Notes under the pieces: model-generated | Database searches by the model: none | Told to the model about the DNA's origin: nothing | The model's input: only the letters and a program-made list of their open reading frames with translations | DNA from: an uncultured Methanosarcinaceae archaeon | GTDB taxonomy: Archaea; Halobacteriota; Methanosarcinia; Methanosarcinales; Methanosarcinaceae | Assembly (NCBI GenBank): GCA_963733675.1 | Contig: CAVTET010000004.1 | Coordinates: forward strand, 96,001-160,000 | Reading direction: 5' to 3' | DNA length: 64,000 nt | Position numbers and translations under genes: made by a program | In this document: positions 1 through 11,500 of the stretch, piece by piece | Layout of the letters: the number at the start of each line of letters is the position of its first letter | Numbering within the stretch: position 1 is the first letter of the stretch

Positions 1-1314
1 GCAGAATGCACAGCCTCCAAAGCAACCTCTGTGCGTTGTCAGGGAAAATTTTATCATTTCAAGGGCTGGGATAGGTTTATCATATAAGGGATGAGCTTCG
101 CCAGTAAATTGTAGCTCATATACATGGTCCATTTCAGTGCCTGTCAGAGGTCTCATAGGCCTATTTTGAATGATAATGGTTTTTGGGTGAGGCTGAGTAA
201 CACCTTTTCCAATAAAAGGATTCTGTTCCAGGAATTGCATACGAAAAGCCTTTGCAAAGGCTACTTTGTCCTGAGTAACTTCGGAAAAGGAGGGTATCTC
301 TATATAACCTTTGCAAAATTTTGCAACTTTCTCATATAACTCATCATCTTCTTCTCCAAATACTACAGGTTGTCTCTCCCCCGCCCTGTCACCTTTTTCT
401 TTAAGCTCTTTCCAGGCTTTAATTTCCATCTTCCAGACTGTGCCTGGAATGTTTCTTATCTCCTTGATATCTTCCCCTACCTGTAATCGTCTTGCAAGCT
501 CCACAATCTGCAGCTCCCCCATACCATAAATTACTAAATCTGCAGGGGCATCAGCCAAAATTGATTGTCTGACTTTATTCGAAAGGTAGTCGTAATGTGC
601 AAAACGTCGTAGAGAAGCCTCAATGCCTCCAATTATAATTGGTGTCTTAGGAAAGGCTTCTTTTATCCTGTTAGAGTAAATAATCACTGCACGATTGGGG
701 CGGAGTCCTGTTTTGCCTCCAGGGGAATAAGCATCCTTATTCCGCGGTTTTAGACCTGGGGTTAGATTGTTGATCATGGAATCTGTGTTTCCAGCGCTTA
801 TGGAAAAGAAAAGCTTTGGCATTCCAAGTTTCTTGAAATCCTCTGAGTTATCCCATCTTGGCTGGGCAATGATTCCTACTCGGAAACCAGCGTCTTCAAG
901 AACCCTTCCAATAATTGCGGTTCCAAAACTAGAATGGTCCACATAAGCATCTCCAGTGACAAGGATAATGTCAAGTTCTTTCCAGCCACAGGCTTTTACC
1001 TCTTCAGAGCTCATCGGAAGAAATTTTGATGTAGGTATACGTGAAAAAATATATTTTTCAGACTTATTTTCTTTTTTTGTCATTTTTTTCTTTTTATTTT
1101 CGGATCCTTTCTCAGGTTTTTTTTCTATTTTTTCTGAAAATTTGATTTTCAGCATTTCGGATTTAAGTCTTGGCTTCGATCTCGATTTTAAGTCTGCTCT
1201 TATTTTGACTCCCATGGGGACAAATAAATCCGTTTTCCCTAATAATCTTACTTTATCCGATTTTTCTATGATATATTTTTTATTTTCTTTAGTAAATGGT
1301 TTGTTTGTCGGCAT
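1..1314 (-). CDS. YgiQ/UPF0313 family radical SAM protein (3' end runs off the window)
   Basis: Manual minus-strand translation: FLPMSSEEVKACGWKELDIILVTGDAYVDHSSFGTAIIGRVLE...GGIEASLRRFAHYDY. Start is ATG 1314 or ATG 1215. Lys-rich N-terminal extension. Confidence 0.9.
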   Translation of the reverse strand, partial: MPTNKPFTKENKKYIIEKSDKVRLLGKTDLFVPMGVKIRADLKSRSKPRLKSEMLKIKFSEKIEKKPEKGSENKKKKMTKKENKSEKYIFSRIPTSKFLPMSSEEVKACGWKELDIILVTGDAYVDHSSFGTAIIGRVLEDAGFRVGIIAQPRWDNSEDFKKLGMPKLFFSISAGNTDSMINNLTPGLKPRNKDAYSPGGKTGLRPNRAVIIYSNRIKEAFPKTPIIIGGIEASLRRFAHYDYLSNKVRQSILADAPADLVIYGMGELQIVELARRLQVGEDIKEIRNIPGTVWKMEIKAWKELKEKGDRAGERQPVVFGEEDDELYEKVAKFCKGYIEIPSFSEVTQDKVAFAKAFRMQFLEQNPFIGKGVTQPHPKTIIIQNRPMRPLTGTEMDHVYELQFTGEAHPLYDKPIPALEMIKFSLTTHRGCFGGCAFC

Positions 1315-1521
1315 AATCTGTTTCCGAACTACTCATTTTCTTCGATTTCCAGGTACACATATGCTAAAGTTATTTCCATACTTAAGTTTTTTTAGTGTCA
1401 TAGCAATTTAATTATATAAACTGATAATTAGATAGCTTCTTATCAGCATACTAAAATTCAAGATTTTATTTAGGTAATTAATGGTTAAATTGTTTGGACA
1501 CTAGGTTTCTCTGGATCTTCT

Positions 1522-2163
1522 TTATGCTTTCATCATCATTTTTAGCATGGTGTATGAGGCCATAATCTGGTTGTTTCCGTCTTTGTCCGTAGGAGCTCCA
1601 TGCCCAGAATATAGGTTTTTCACATCTAGTTTTATGAGTTTTTCAATTGATCCAAGCATCTTGTCAGGTTCTGAACCTTCAAAGTCCATCCTTCCGAAAC
1701 CTCCACTCGCAAATACAGTGTCCCCAGAAAAGAGACTTTTTGAAACCGGTTCGTAGAGGCAAATGCTCCCCTTTGAATGACCAGGTGTGTGAATTACTTC
1801 TAGATATTCTCCATTTCCTATTTCAATTTTGTCTCCTTCTTTATACGTAATTGTAGGTTTGACAACAGGTGCGCGGTCTCCGAAAAGTATAGATACACTC
1901 AAATATTTATCGTTTGCACCTTCCAGGTCATCTTCGTGCACTCCGACTTTTGCCCCGCTATTTTCTGCAATTGCTGCTGCTGCTGCTGTATGATCATAAT
2001 GGCAGTGAGTAAGGATAATGAGTTCCAAATCTGTAAGCTTGATATATTTTTCCAGTTGTTTAATGATCAGGTCACTATTAATGCCTGCATCTATCAGAAC
2101 TTTTCTGTTTACTAGGTAGACACTGGAATCGTAGGCTGTGGGACAAATGTACCGGACTTCGAT
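1522..2163 (-). CDS. MBL-fold metallo-hydrolase (glyoxalase II-like)
   Basis: THCHYDH, HTPGHS and FSGD motifs. The frame stays open upstream of the listed TTG (2028) through VYLVNRKVLIDAG to an ATC at 2163, preceded by GGAGG. Confidence 0.88.
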   Translation of the reverse strand: MEVRYICPTAYDSSVYLVNRKVLIDAGINSDLIIKQLEKYIKLTDLELIILTHCHYDHTAAAAAIAENSGAKVGVHEDDLEGANDKYLSVSILFGDRAPVVKPTITYKEGDKIEIGNGEYLEVIHTPGHSKGSICLYEPVSKSLFSGDTVFASGGFGRMDFEGSEPDKMLGSIEKLIKLDVKNLYSGHGAPTDKDGNNQIMASYTMLKMMMKA

Positions 2164-3212
2164 CTTTTTTCCTCCTTTAGTTTTATTTTACTCTATTCTT
2201 TTTCATATCTTTACTCATTTTTCTTAAATTTTTTTTGCACTACTCCCTCTAAGTTTTTTTACTTTCAATGCGTAAGTCTAAATTTCTACATTAAAACCCT
2301 ATGCGCATTTTCAGTCTCTAATTTTGTGATCTCTATAGTTCCCATATCTTTAATTTGCGGTACTATGAATTGAATCAATTGTAAATACATGTTGTTTCTG
2401 CTTTTGCGTGAAGAAAAATAGAGATTGTTGGTTTCAAGAGGCAGGGGTTCAAGTGATACTTCTACTGCAAGAAGTTGATGATGTTCTAAAAAATATACAC
2501 GATTTGTCGGAAAAATGTGATATCTTATATCCACTATTACTTGTATTGTTCAATAGAGCAGACGTGGCAATGATAAATAACTATACATATATATCTAAAA
2601 AGTTTCGGAATTTATGCTTCATCCACTGCATGTGTGTCTAGAAGAGATTTCCAATGTATTTTCGAATGTTTATCAATTTTGTGAACTAATTTGTCTGCCT
2701 CCCAAGATCAGCATTTTTTGCATTCCTGAAAGTATAGGCCTGCTTTTCCGATACTTACCTTATTTCCTGAGTTAGCTTCATCTGGGCAAAAATCAGATTC
2801 GTTTCTTCATAATAGCCTTTAATATCTATATAAAAAATTAGGTTAAATGTGAAATAAATTGGTTCCTAATCTTTCGCAAGTCAAAGGTTCATGCTTTTGT
2901 CCGTCAGACAAATTTCTGAATTGATCTTTTCTACAATTTCCATCTCCCTAGCTCAAAAATAATTTCTTCTCGATTGCTGTTGAATTTAAGAAAATCAACA
3001 TGACAGCGAGAATCACTATATTTGATAATGGCAGATCTTTTTTAGTCAATCTCGTTTTATTTCACTTTTTACACCGAGTTTTGGAATACAAATCTGAAAA
3101 AGAATAGGTACAGTCTTTATCCAATTTCTTTGCCTTTTGGCTGTTCTTCGAATTATACCTCGATCTAAACTCTGAACTAAAGTTTTCTAGCTTTTAGTTA
3201 ATTTTGGAAGTT

Positions 3213-4742
3213 TTAGCGTTTGCCCTTATTTTTGTAGAGCAAATTCATTGCATTCACGAGGGCTTCTACAGAAGCCATAACTATGTCTGGATTTGCAGAT
3301 CTAGCAGTTACAATTCTTCCTTTTTCGTTTTCAAGACCTATATATACGTCTGCAAGAGCATCTGCTCCTCCAGTGATGGCATCAATTCTGAACTCCTGAA
3401 GTTTGAAGTGGTTATTCTCTCCCAGGATATCTCTTACTGCATTGAGGGCAGCATCTACAGGGCCAACCCCAACTCTTGCAGCAATAACCTCTTTGCCTTC
3501 GATGTCTGCTTTGACAACGGCGGTGGGCGTAATGATATTTCCGGTCATCACAGAGACCTCTTTTAGCTTGATAAGTTCTTCTTCGGAGCTTGCTTTCCCG
3601 AGTACTGCAGAAGCAACAGCATAAAGGTCAACATCTGTGATCTGTTTGCCCTTATTTGCAATCTCCTTGATCCGGGATACTATTTCATCGAGTTGCTTAT
3701 CATTGGTTATTATTCCTGCAGATTCAAGGGACTGTTTAACTGCATGTTTGCCTGTATGTTTTCCAAGAACAATACGTCTTTTGTGACCTACCATTTCCGG
3801 AGTCATTATCCCAGGTTCGAAAGTATCGGATTTCTCAAGAACTCCCTGGCTGTGTATCCCAGATTCGTGGGAAAAAGCATTTTGGCCTACCACAGGAGTG
3901 TTGGGAGGAAGCCTGATTCCAGTATAGTTTTCAACCATTTTTGAAGTTTCTACAAGGTATTCGGTCCTAATATTTGTTTTTATCCCATAAATTGCCTTCA
4001 GACTCATAACTGTCTGTGGAAGGTCGGCATTTCCTGCTCTCTCTCCAATGCCATTTATCGTGACCTGGACCTGGGATGCTCCGGCTTCGATAGCCATGAG
4101 GCTGTTTGCTACCGCAAGCCCAAAATCATTATGGCAGTGCACATCTATAGGAATTGTTATTTCAGCTGCAATGTCTTTTATCTGCCTATACATTGCGGAT
4201 GGAACCATAATGCCAACAGTATCTGGCACGTTGATTATATCGCATCCCACTTCTTGGACCGCCTTGAAAACATCTATTAGGTACTCAGGATCAGTCCTAG
4301 TTGCGTCCATCGCAGAAAACATGCACTTCAGACCATGGTCTTTGATATATTGGACAGCTTCTACAGCCAGTTGGATAACTTCTTCCTGGCTTTTTTTGAT
4401 AGTATATGTCCTTTGAACATCTGAGGTGGGAACGAAAGTATGTACAAGGCCAACGTCGCTTTCAAAACATGCATTTATATCTTTCTTCAATACACGAGCA
4501 AGTCCACAGACTACAGCATCCAGCCCGGTATTAGAGATTGATTTTATGGATTCCTTGTCGCTTTCTGAAGAGGCGGGAAATCCAGCTTCTATTATGTCTA
4601 CCCCGAGTTTGTCAAGTTGATGGGCAATTTCCAGCTTCTGAGCAGAATTAAGGGATACTCCAGGAGTTTGTTCTCCGTCGCGCAGTGTTGTGTCAAAAAC
4701 AGTTACCGTTTTATTCTGTAGGGATTCGATGTAAAAATCGAT
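3213..4742 (-). CDS. leuA: 2-isopropylmalate synthase (LeuA/CimA family)
   Basis: DTTLRDGEQTPG upstream of the listed ORF in the same frame, HCHNDFG, GIGERAGNA and a C-terminal regulatory domain (GVGPVDA). Start codon uncertain; LeuA versus CimA needs phylogeny. Confidence 0.8.
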   Translation of the reverse strand: MDFYIESLQNKTVTVFDTTLRDGEQTPGVSLNSAQKLEIAHQLDKLGVDIIEAGFPASSESDKESIKSISNTGLDAVVCGLARVLKKDINACFESDVGLVHTFVPTSDVQRTYTIKKSQEEVIQLAVEAVQYIKDHGLKCMFSAMDATRTDPEYLIDVFKAVQEVGCDIINVPDTVGIMVPSAMYRQIKDIAAEITIPIDVHCHNDFGLAVANSLMAIEAGASQVQVTINGIGERAGNADLPQTVMSLKAIYGIKTNIRTEYLVETSKMVENYTGIRLPPNTPVVGQNAFSHESGIHSQGVLEKSDTFEPGIMTPEMVGHKRRIVLGKHTGKHAVKQSLESAGIITNDKQLDEIVSRIKEIANKGKQITDVDLYAVASAVLGKASSEEELIKLKEVSVMTGNIITPTAVVKADIEGKEVIAARVGVGPVDAALNAVRDILGENNHFKLQEFRIDAITGGADALADVYIGLENEKGRIVTARSANPDIVMASVEALVNAMNLLYKNKGKR

Positions 4743-4924
4743 CCCTTCTTTGAGTTCTTACATTCATGGTAATCACTTAAAAGGATGCACATTCCTGGTA
4801 TATAAATTTCATGTGTGTTTGTGAATTTTTTGATAAATTCATTTTTTGTTCTTTATTAAGGAGTTTTCAGAGATGAACTCCCAGTGGTCTATACTCAAAA
4901 GTGAATAGATATGCAGTCACTCCG

Positions 4925-5390
4925 TCAGTAAATCTGCTCCACCAGATAGTTTCCGACACACATCTGTTTGATCTGATCGAGTTGAGCTTCGATCCAGTCG
5001 ATCTGTTCCTCCTCTTCCTTCAGGATTGATTCGAGAAGTACTTTTGTGTAATTATCCACCACCTCAGCTGCTACATTGATGTTAGCAGTGTAACTGTGAA
5101 TAACTAAATCTTCAGTTAGATATCCATGCTAGAGTATATTTAGCAATTGTGCGCCGATGATTATTTTATTCAGTTTGCTGACGATTTGGTTCCCTTCGAG
5201 GAAGAGGATGCGTGCGATCAGTTTTTCTGCGTGTATCATCTCGGCGATGGCTCGCTTCTGGATCATTGCTTCCAGTTGCTTGCAATTCCAATTTTCACAA
5301 TCTCGGCATTGGCAATGTACTGGTTTGTAGAGTTCAGTTACTCAGCTAATCGCTTGTTCATATGTTAAATAATATTCTCATTTCCTCTCC
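4925..5390 (-). pseudogene. bfr: bacterioferritin pseudogene
   Basis: NENII*HMNKRLAE*L..NQYI / QKRAIAEMIHAEKLIARILFLEG / EEEQIDWIEAQLDQIKQM..GNYLVEQI, with stops and frameshifts. Confidence 0.85.
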
Positions 5391-5888
5391 TAAATAAATG
5401 TCCTATTGCATCGAAAAGTATCAATCGATTCTTGAAGATTATTCGATTTGTATTTTTTTGCTGGCTCTTCCATCTTCATTTTCGGAAGTGTTATACTCAG
5501 AACACCATTTTCTATTTTTGCAGTACTCACCTCCTCTTTAACGCTGGTAGGTAGGCGGATAGCTCGGAAAAAGCCAATAGATTCTTTTTCCTTATGAATA
5601 TATCCTTCCTCTTCTGTTTCTTTTTCCTCCCCGGTCTTTGCACTTATCTCAAGCATGTCTTCTTTAAGGTTTATCTCAATATTCTCTTTATTGATTCCTG
5701 GAAGGTCGGTAGTTACCACAAGCTTATTTTCTTCGTCCTTGATGTCAACTGCAGAAGTAAATACATTTTCACCTAGGCATTAAGTCTCCAAAAACAAATT
5801 CAGGCGTTCTTGTGTCTTCCTAATCTCTTCAAAAAACTGAGAAGAAGTAGTTTCTAAAATATAAGTTGAAGAGCATCTTGAATTTCAT
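5390..5888 (-). pseudogene. Hsp20/alpha-crystallin pseudogene
   Basis: FEEIRKTQERLN / VDIKDEENKLVVTTDLPGINKENIEI...AKIENGVLSITLPK. N-terminus disrupted; C-terminus appears frameshifted. Confidence 0.8.
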
Positions 5889-5894
5889 CCTTAC

Positions 5895-6567
5895 TTTAAG
5901 AAAATGGAGCCGTATAACCTGCGAGAGACTCCTCTATTGCAAAGCTTTCCAACTCCAGAGTTTCTTTCGCCAGAAAAATTCAAAGAAGAGGTAGAAAAAG
6001 GAACTTAGTTGTGGATACAAGCATGCCCTATTCTTTTAGTGAAGTACATATAAAATACAGTATCTGGCTAGGAGGTGTACCTTCCTTTGCCGGTTGGGTG
6101 CTTCCTTATGATAAACCCATACTTCTAGTTCTGGAAGAAAAAAAGCAGCTTGAAACTCATTGAGATATTTCATTAGATTGGGTTATGATAATATTGTAGG
6201 TATACTAGACGGTGGAATTGCAGCCTGATATATTAAAACTCTAGCGATATATAATTTTAATCTCATATCCGTTCATGATTTGAAAGGCAAATTGGATAAA
6301 GGAGAGAAAATAGTAATTCTTGATGTGAGAGACAAGAGAAAATGGGATAAAGGACATATAAATGGAGCTAAACACATCTACGTTGGTTATTTGGAGGAGA
6401 AACGGGATGAAATTCCAAAAGATTGGCCTATAATTGTTTATTGTGGCACTGCTCGGAGTGCTAGTTTAGCGGCTCCAATTTTGAAAAAGAATGGTTATTG
6501 TAAAGTATACAATATCCTTGGAGGTATGACTGCATGGAAGAACGCTGGATATGATGTGGTAAAATGA
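5895..6567 (+). pseudogene. C-terminal tandem rhodanese domains of an MBL-hydrolase/rhodanese protein, degraded
   Basis: FKKMEPYNL..SPEKFKEE..SIWLGGVPSFAGWVLPYDKPILLV..RLGYDNIVGILDGG, then an intact rhodanese ORF 6280-6567 (ILDVR, YCGTARS, LGGMTAW). Confidence 0.8.
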
Positions 6568-6731
6568 GCAAAATTTACTTCAGAATGTTTAATTGTAGTC
6601 TTTAACTCAATGAATTTTACTTTTTTATCACTGATTGATGCGTTTTCACTCATCCGACACCCATGGAATGCGGGAAATGTACTTGGAAACTTGTTCTCAA
6701 AAAAGAAAGGAATGAACCAAGAAGCCACTTA

Positions 6732-7603
6732 GAGCCTATCCGAAAAATAATATGCTTCCAATTTAAGATCATGTGTGGTAATGACAAAACGGAAAATTGT
6801 TCAGGACTACGAAATTTCTGAAGATTATTGGAAAAAAATAGAACCTTTACTACCTATACCTAAGCCAAAAAAGAAGTCTGGAAGACCTAGAAAGGGTTAT
6901 AGGAAAATAATGAGTGGCATTTTCTATCTCCTTGTTACTAGTTGCCAATGGAAAGCATTGCCACGATTTTATGGAGCTGCAAGCACTGTACATGATCGAT
7001 TTTAGGAATGGCAACTATCAGGCTTATTTGAGAGCATGTGGATGGCTGGTCTTGTTGAGTATGATTTCGAAAAAGGATTAGAATGGGAATGACAATCAAT
7101 TGATGGTGCTATGACAAAAGCACCATTAGATGGGGCTGGAACAGGAGCCAATCCTACTGATCGCGGCAAAAAAGGTACAAAAAGGAGTGTTTTAACTGAT
7201 GGTAAAGACATATCACTTTCTGTTGTCGTTGATGGAGCCAATCGTCACGATAAAAAGCTTGTAAAAAGGACTTTAGACGCCATATTCTTTGAAAGACCTT
7301 CTCCAGAAGACATAATTCAGAATATAAGCATGGATAAAGGTTATGATTTCACCGATATCAGAAAATTGGTTGAAGAATATGGTTATACTGCGCATATCAA
7401 AAGTCGTGGAGAAGAAAATATAAGAAGAGACATACCTGGTTTTAGGGCAAGAAGGTGAGTTGTAGAAAGGACACATTCTTAGCTAAATAGATTCAGAAGA
7501 CTTCTTATAAGATGGGAAAAGAAAATTGAAAATTACCTTGCTATCCTACATTTAGTATGCGCATTGATAACATTCAGATCAGCAGGACTCTTCAGATAGC
7601 CTC
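6732..7603 (+). mobile_element. IS5-family insertion sequence (IS427/IS1031-like), inactivated, copy 1
   Basis: TIRs GAGCCTATCCGAAAA / TTCAGATAGCCTC with TTA on both sides. Transposase fragments KSGRPR, CQWKALP, DRGKKGTKRS and MDKGYD, with stops. Confidence 0.92.
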
Positions 7604-7891
7604 TTAGTCTTATTTGAGTGCTAGTTAACTTACGTTAAGGTCATGATACAATTACTTCTTTTCAGCATTATCAGTCATTATCGTTTGTTGATTCTGAGAT
7701 AAGAGGAAGTGACTGGTCAAGTGAAGTGTGTTATAAGAGATATGAGACTCAGTTACTACGATAAGCATAAGCTGATCAAACTGAAGACTTTTGTTGAAAT
7801 ATTTCCCACAGTCACAACCAACACACAGGCGTGTTAGTTATGTTTCTCCAATTATAACATTAAGTATATATACAGTTAAATCAGTTGGTTT

Positions 7892-8071
7892 TTAGTCCTG
7901 TACTTCTATTTTATGTGATACAGTTGCACCAGTTGATTTTTTGTCTTCTACTTTTATTTTATGCCAACCACACAAACAGCAATTCTCTTTGTAATGCATG
8001 ATGTGTTTCATAACACAAGCAAGTCCTATTATTGCTAAGATACAACCCACTATTTTCATACCTTTATGCAT
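7892..8071 (-). CDS. small membrane-anchored hypothetical protein (59 aa)
   Basis: GGAGG then ATG at 8071. N-terminal hydrophobic helix (IVGCILAIIGLACV) and a CCLC motif. Confidence 0.6.
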   Translation of the reverse strand: MHKGMKIVGCILAIIGLACVMKHIMHYKENCCLCGWHKIKVEDKKSTGATVSHKIEVQD

Positions 8072-8174
8072 AGTTATTCCCTCCAAGCTATTTATTGTAC
8101 TTTATCGTTTATTAAGATACGTAAATAATCCGAAAGTCATTATCAATACAGCAAATGTATGATATATATATGAG

Positions 8175-8261
8175 AGTATTTCGATAAACCTTTGATTTCC
8201 ATGAGTCATATATATACCATTTGTATATATATGATGAAATTTAGAGGTTTATAGAAATCCT
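8175..8261. repeat. ~85-bp palindromic-ended dispersed repeat (MITE/REP-like)
   Basis: ATTTCGATAAACCT ... AGGTTTATAGAAAT (13/14 inverted match). Internal sequence shared with copies near 11730-11811 and 20121-20207. Confidence 0.7.
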
Positions 8262-8583
8262 TATGAATGAAAGCTGAGGGTACTTAAAAAATGTCAACAG
8301 CAGTTTACTTTTGCCCACTTTGGTTTATTTGAAATTTTGCTTTAGCCCACTGAAGTATGGGACAGAACACGAATAGGGACAGCATTAAGGATATTTTGGG
8401 GATAAGATCAATCAAATAATGAAAGTAATTTGACAGAAAACTATATTTTAGAATGTACAAAAGAGCTTTATACTTTTCTTTTTTCATACGATTCAAAGTT
8501 CTATCTTGTTTTTTGATTTATGGCAGTTTTCGTTTTTCCAAAAGATTTTGTTCCAATGAAATACGTTTTTTGGAAGAAAATGC

Positions 8584-9420
8584 TTAATAATTAGTAGAAT
8601 CTATCACATTAGGGATACAGTAAACCATCTGGATTTTCAGGCCATTAATGTCTGTCTCAGGTTCTCGAGGCACAAATTCGAATCCGTATCTATACCCCAT
8701 TTTTGCTGTAATTGCTGCTACAAGTGCATCTAGAATATCATCTTTTGCAACTTCCTTTCGCCTGTATTCTAAAAGTGCAGCTTCGATAATTTTGTCTGTA
8801 AACAAGTAGATGTTTTTGAGTGTTTCTTTCCGCTCAAGAAAACCATCGTGATTTTTTTTAGAATATTTCATTGGAAAACCTTTAAATATCTGGAAACATA
8901 CTTCAGGCCCCACTTCTTTTATTTTTTTCTGAATAATTTTGTTTTCAACAAGAAAACTATCCACATCTCGGATTTTAGGGACTATATTCCAGGCTTGTTT
9001 TGAGATGCGTTTTCCTGTAATCTTTTCGTTAACTTCGCATGCTTTTTTATAGCTCCCCACATATACAGCTTCTCTACAGGGTATTGGAAATATACTGGAT
9101 TTTCTGGCTTTTAAAATTCTGCGTGCTCCAAGGTCGGAAAGTCGTTCACCATGGACTCCGTTTTTCAAGCCAATAGGGATGTCGATAAGAATGAGGGGGT
9201 CTATTTGTTCATATTTATTTATCAAAAAATCAATAAGAAACTGAAATTTTGGAAAAAGTCCTATTTCCCACTCATAGTTTTTTTCGGCTTCTGTAGCCAG
9301 GAAAACTGCAAACCAACCCGCACTGCAACCATCAACTCCAACAAAAACCTTTTTGTCAGCGTACCTACAGTTATGTAATATCTGATTGATTCTGTATCCT
9401 CTCCGATTAGAGCTCGTCAA
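8584..9420 (-). CDS. DUF429 family protein (predicted RNase H-fold nuclease)
   Basis: VGVDGCSAGW, LIDIPIGL, EVGPEVCF and DDILDALVAA motifs. Confidence 0.85.
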   Translation of the reverse strand: MTSSNRRGYRINQILHNCRYADKKVFVGVDGCSAGWFAVFLATEAEKNYEWEIGLFPKFQFLIDFLINKYEQIDPLILIDIPIGLKNGVHGERLSDLGARRILKARKSSIFPIPCREAVYVGSYKKACEVNEKITGKRISKQAWNIVPKIRDVDSFLVENKIIQKKIKEVGPEVCFQIFKGFPMKYSKKNHDGFLERKETLKNIYLFTDKIIEAALLEYRRKEVAKDDILDALVAAITAKMGYRYGFEFVPREPETDINGLKIQMVYCIPNVIDSTNY

Positions 9421-9539
9421 AATGTCTTATTAACTCAAGAGTTAGTTATACTTGTAACCTATCCACCCTGTCGGGTGATACCCTCCAAGGAAGGGACTTC
9501 CTTTGAGTAATTCCTTCATCTGTCCTCAAATTTGATATC

Positions 9540-10180
9540 CATTAGGAATTATGTATTATCGAAGATTATCAACAAATTGTTGATAGCCCGTCCAGAAGGC
9601 ATTTTGTGATAGGAAACATAACATAATATTGATAGAATCATTTCGATCCCTAATAATATTGTTCCCGCAATCACAAATCATAACACGCTTCAAAAAGGCA
9701 CATCATGTAGTTTTCCACAAAACAAAGTTTAGTTGTGTGTTTTTCGTCAATTCTGATTACACTTTTACCTACAAGTTTTGCTTATCGGTCATGAATTGAA
9801 CAAATCTACATACTTTACCTAGAGCCTCAATCGAATGATTTTGACCTTTCTTTTGTTTGGTTTTCTTTTCCTTTTTACCGTCTTTTACTTTAGGTTGAGC
9901 CATTTGTGCACACTAAGGTCATAGTATAATAGTATTAGCTTTAGTGTTTTCAATCATAGTTTTGGAAAGTTTGTGTTGCAAATCTTTAACTTAATTTGCT
10001 GTCTTTCAACTCATTTTTGTAACTGGTTTAGCTACTCTCAGGTATCTCTTATTTTTTGTAGAAGCTTTTTTAACACCAATAAAATGATCTCTTCTTGATT
10101 TAGCTATGTCAATCTTAGGATTCCAATAATTATCAGATCTAGGTGATTTTACTTCGAAAAATTTACCATCAGCAGCTCGG
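9540..10180 (-). pseudogene. tnpB: TnpB (IS200/IS605) C-terminal RuvC/Zn-finger remnant
   Basis: KDLQHKLSKTMIENTKANTII..., RFVQFM..., IDEKHTTKLC..., MICDCGNNIIRDRNDSINIM, with multiple stops and indels. Confidence 0.8.
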
Positions 10181-10199
10181 ATTTTATTTTTGCTTTTTG

Positions 10200-11500
10200 T
10201 TTCATCTACGTCACCGACAGCTACTGCACAAATTACCGAACTCACGATCACTGAAACTAGGATCAGCAACACAGATACGGCCAAAGAATTTATCGCAAAT
10301 AGAAAAAAATAACTGGTCACACTGAAGTTACAGTCTATAAAGAGGGTCTGGATCTCGTGAAATAAAAAATAGGGGTTTATTTTAAGAATGGAATCAGTAG
10401 TTTTGACTATACAAATGTGACCTATAGCATTTATTCTACCTCAGTCTGGGGGGAAGATCCCACAAATAATAAAACTGTTGTGCTAGAACAACAATATGAA
10501 TACGATCTTTTTAGTAGCTCGAATATCCTTAACAAATACTTGGAAAAGAGAATTCCTGAAACTGACTTTGCAGGCACAAACTATAATGGAAAACTGCTCA
10601 TACACTACGAAAATGGTGTTGTTCTTAAAAGAGATGAGTGAAGCGTTGTGGATCTGGCTGCCATAAAAATGGAATTTCCAGATTCTTTGGGGCTCCCTAC
10701 AAAACCAACACTTGTTTGGAATATTTAAACACCAACTTTCGGAAAACGGGACCTTATTAATTCTTATATGACTGGAAGTCTGAGTTGGAGTGCAAATTAG
10801 ATCATACAAACGAATGCCAATTCTACAAATGCAGATCTCAGATCTTCGGTCAGGATTAGCAATAAAGCAGTTTCTTTGATAATAAAAGGCTAATACTGGT
10901 GATAGGAGATCCCCGTAGTATCTACGAGTTATGGTCTCTTCTAAAGGTATTTCCGAAATGCCTCTATTTGAGTACCACCTCTATACCCTAGAAAAGCCAG
11001 TAACCCTCATAAATAATCAGGTAAAACATATCTCTTTTTTTTCTGTGGATCAGTGCCTGTGCAAAAGGAAGTTAGTTTTGATATCTCGAAGGGTGATCAG
11101 ATACATGCTGTCCTTAACATCGATAACTCAAAGGCAGAATACCTTATAATACCTCTTCATGGAGAAATTGTAAGGGTCTATTAGCCCGGTTCAGAAGGGC
11201 AGCTTCACTTTATAGGGGATATAGGCAAAAAAATGAAAGTGACTATAGACAATTCATCCGATATCATCGGCAAAAGGACATGACAGATTTTGAGCAGGTC
11301 AATAACAATGTCAGCATGACCATCTATGAAATCTAACTTCACAACAGCAAGTCTGAAGATCAGAACATTATACTTGTAGAAAATTGTAATGGGGGATTGA
11401 AAAATAATCAAAAACTCTGATAAATAAAAAAACCGATGCTTTTACTGTAGAATTAATGGCATCAATCTCAGCAAAAGGCACTAAATCCATTTTTTTACAC
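10200..11500 (+). pseudogene. DUF4139-domain protein pseudogene
   Basis: TEVTVYKEGLDLVK, VLEQQYEYDLFSSSNILNKYL, KPTLVW, SYMTGSLSWSAN and LFEYHLYTLEKPVTLINNQVK, spread over several frames. Confidence 0.8.

Noticed and set aside
956-1411. 151-aa Phe-rich plus-strand ORF
   Set aside because: Antisense shadow of the Lys-rich YgiQ N-terminus.
2408-2641. 77-aa ORF, possibly an ABC substrate-binding protein fragment
   Set aside because: Similarity too weak to support by eye.
10006-10320. 104-aa ORF with an apparent signal peptide
   Set aside because: Chimera of antisense DUF4139 sequence and the tnpB remnant.
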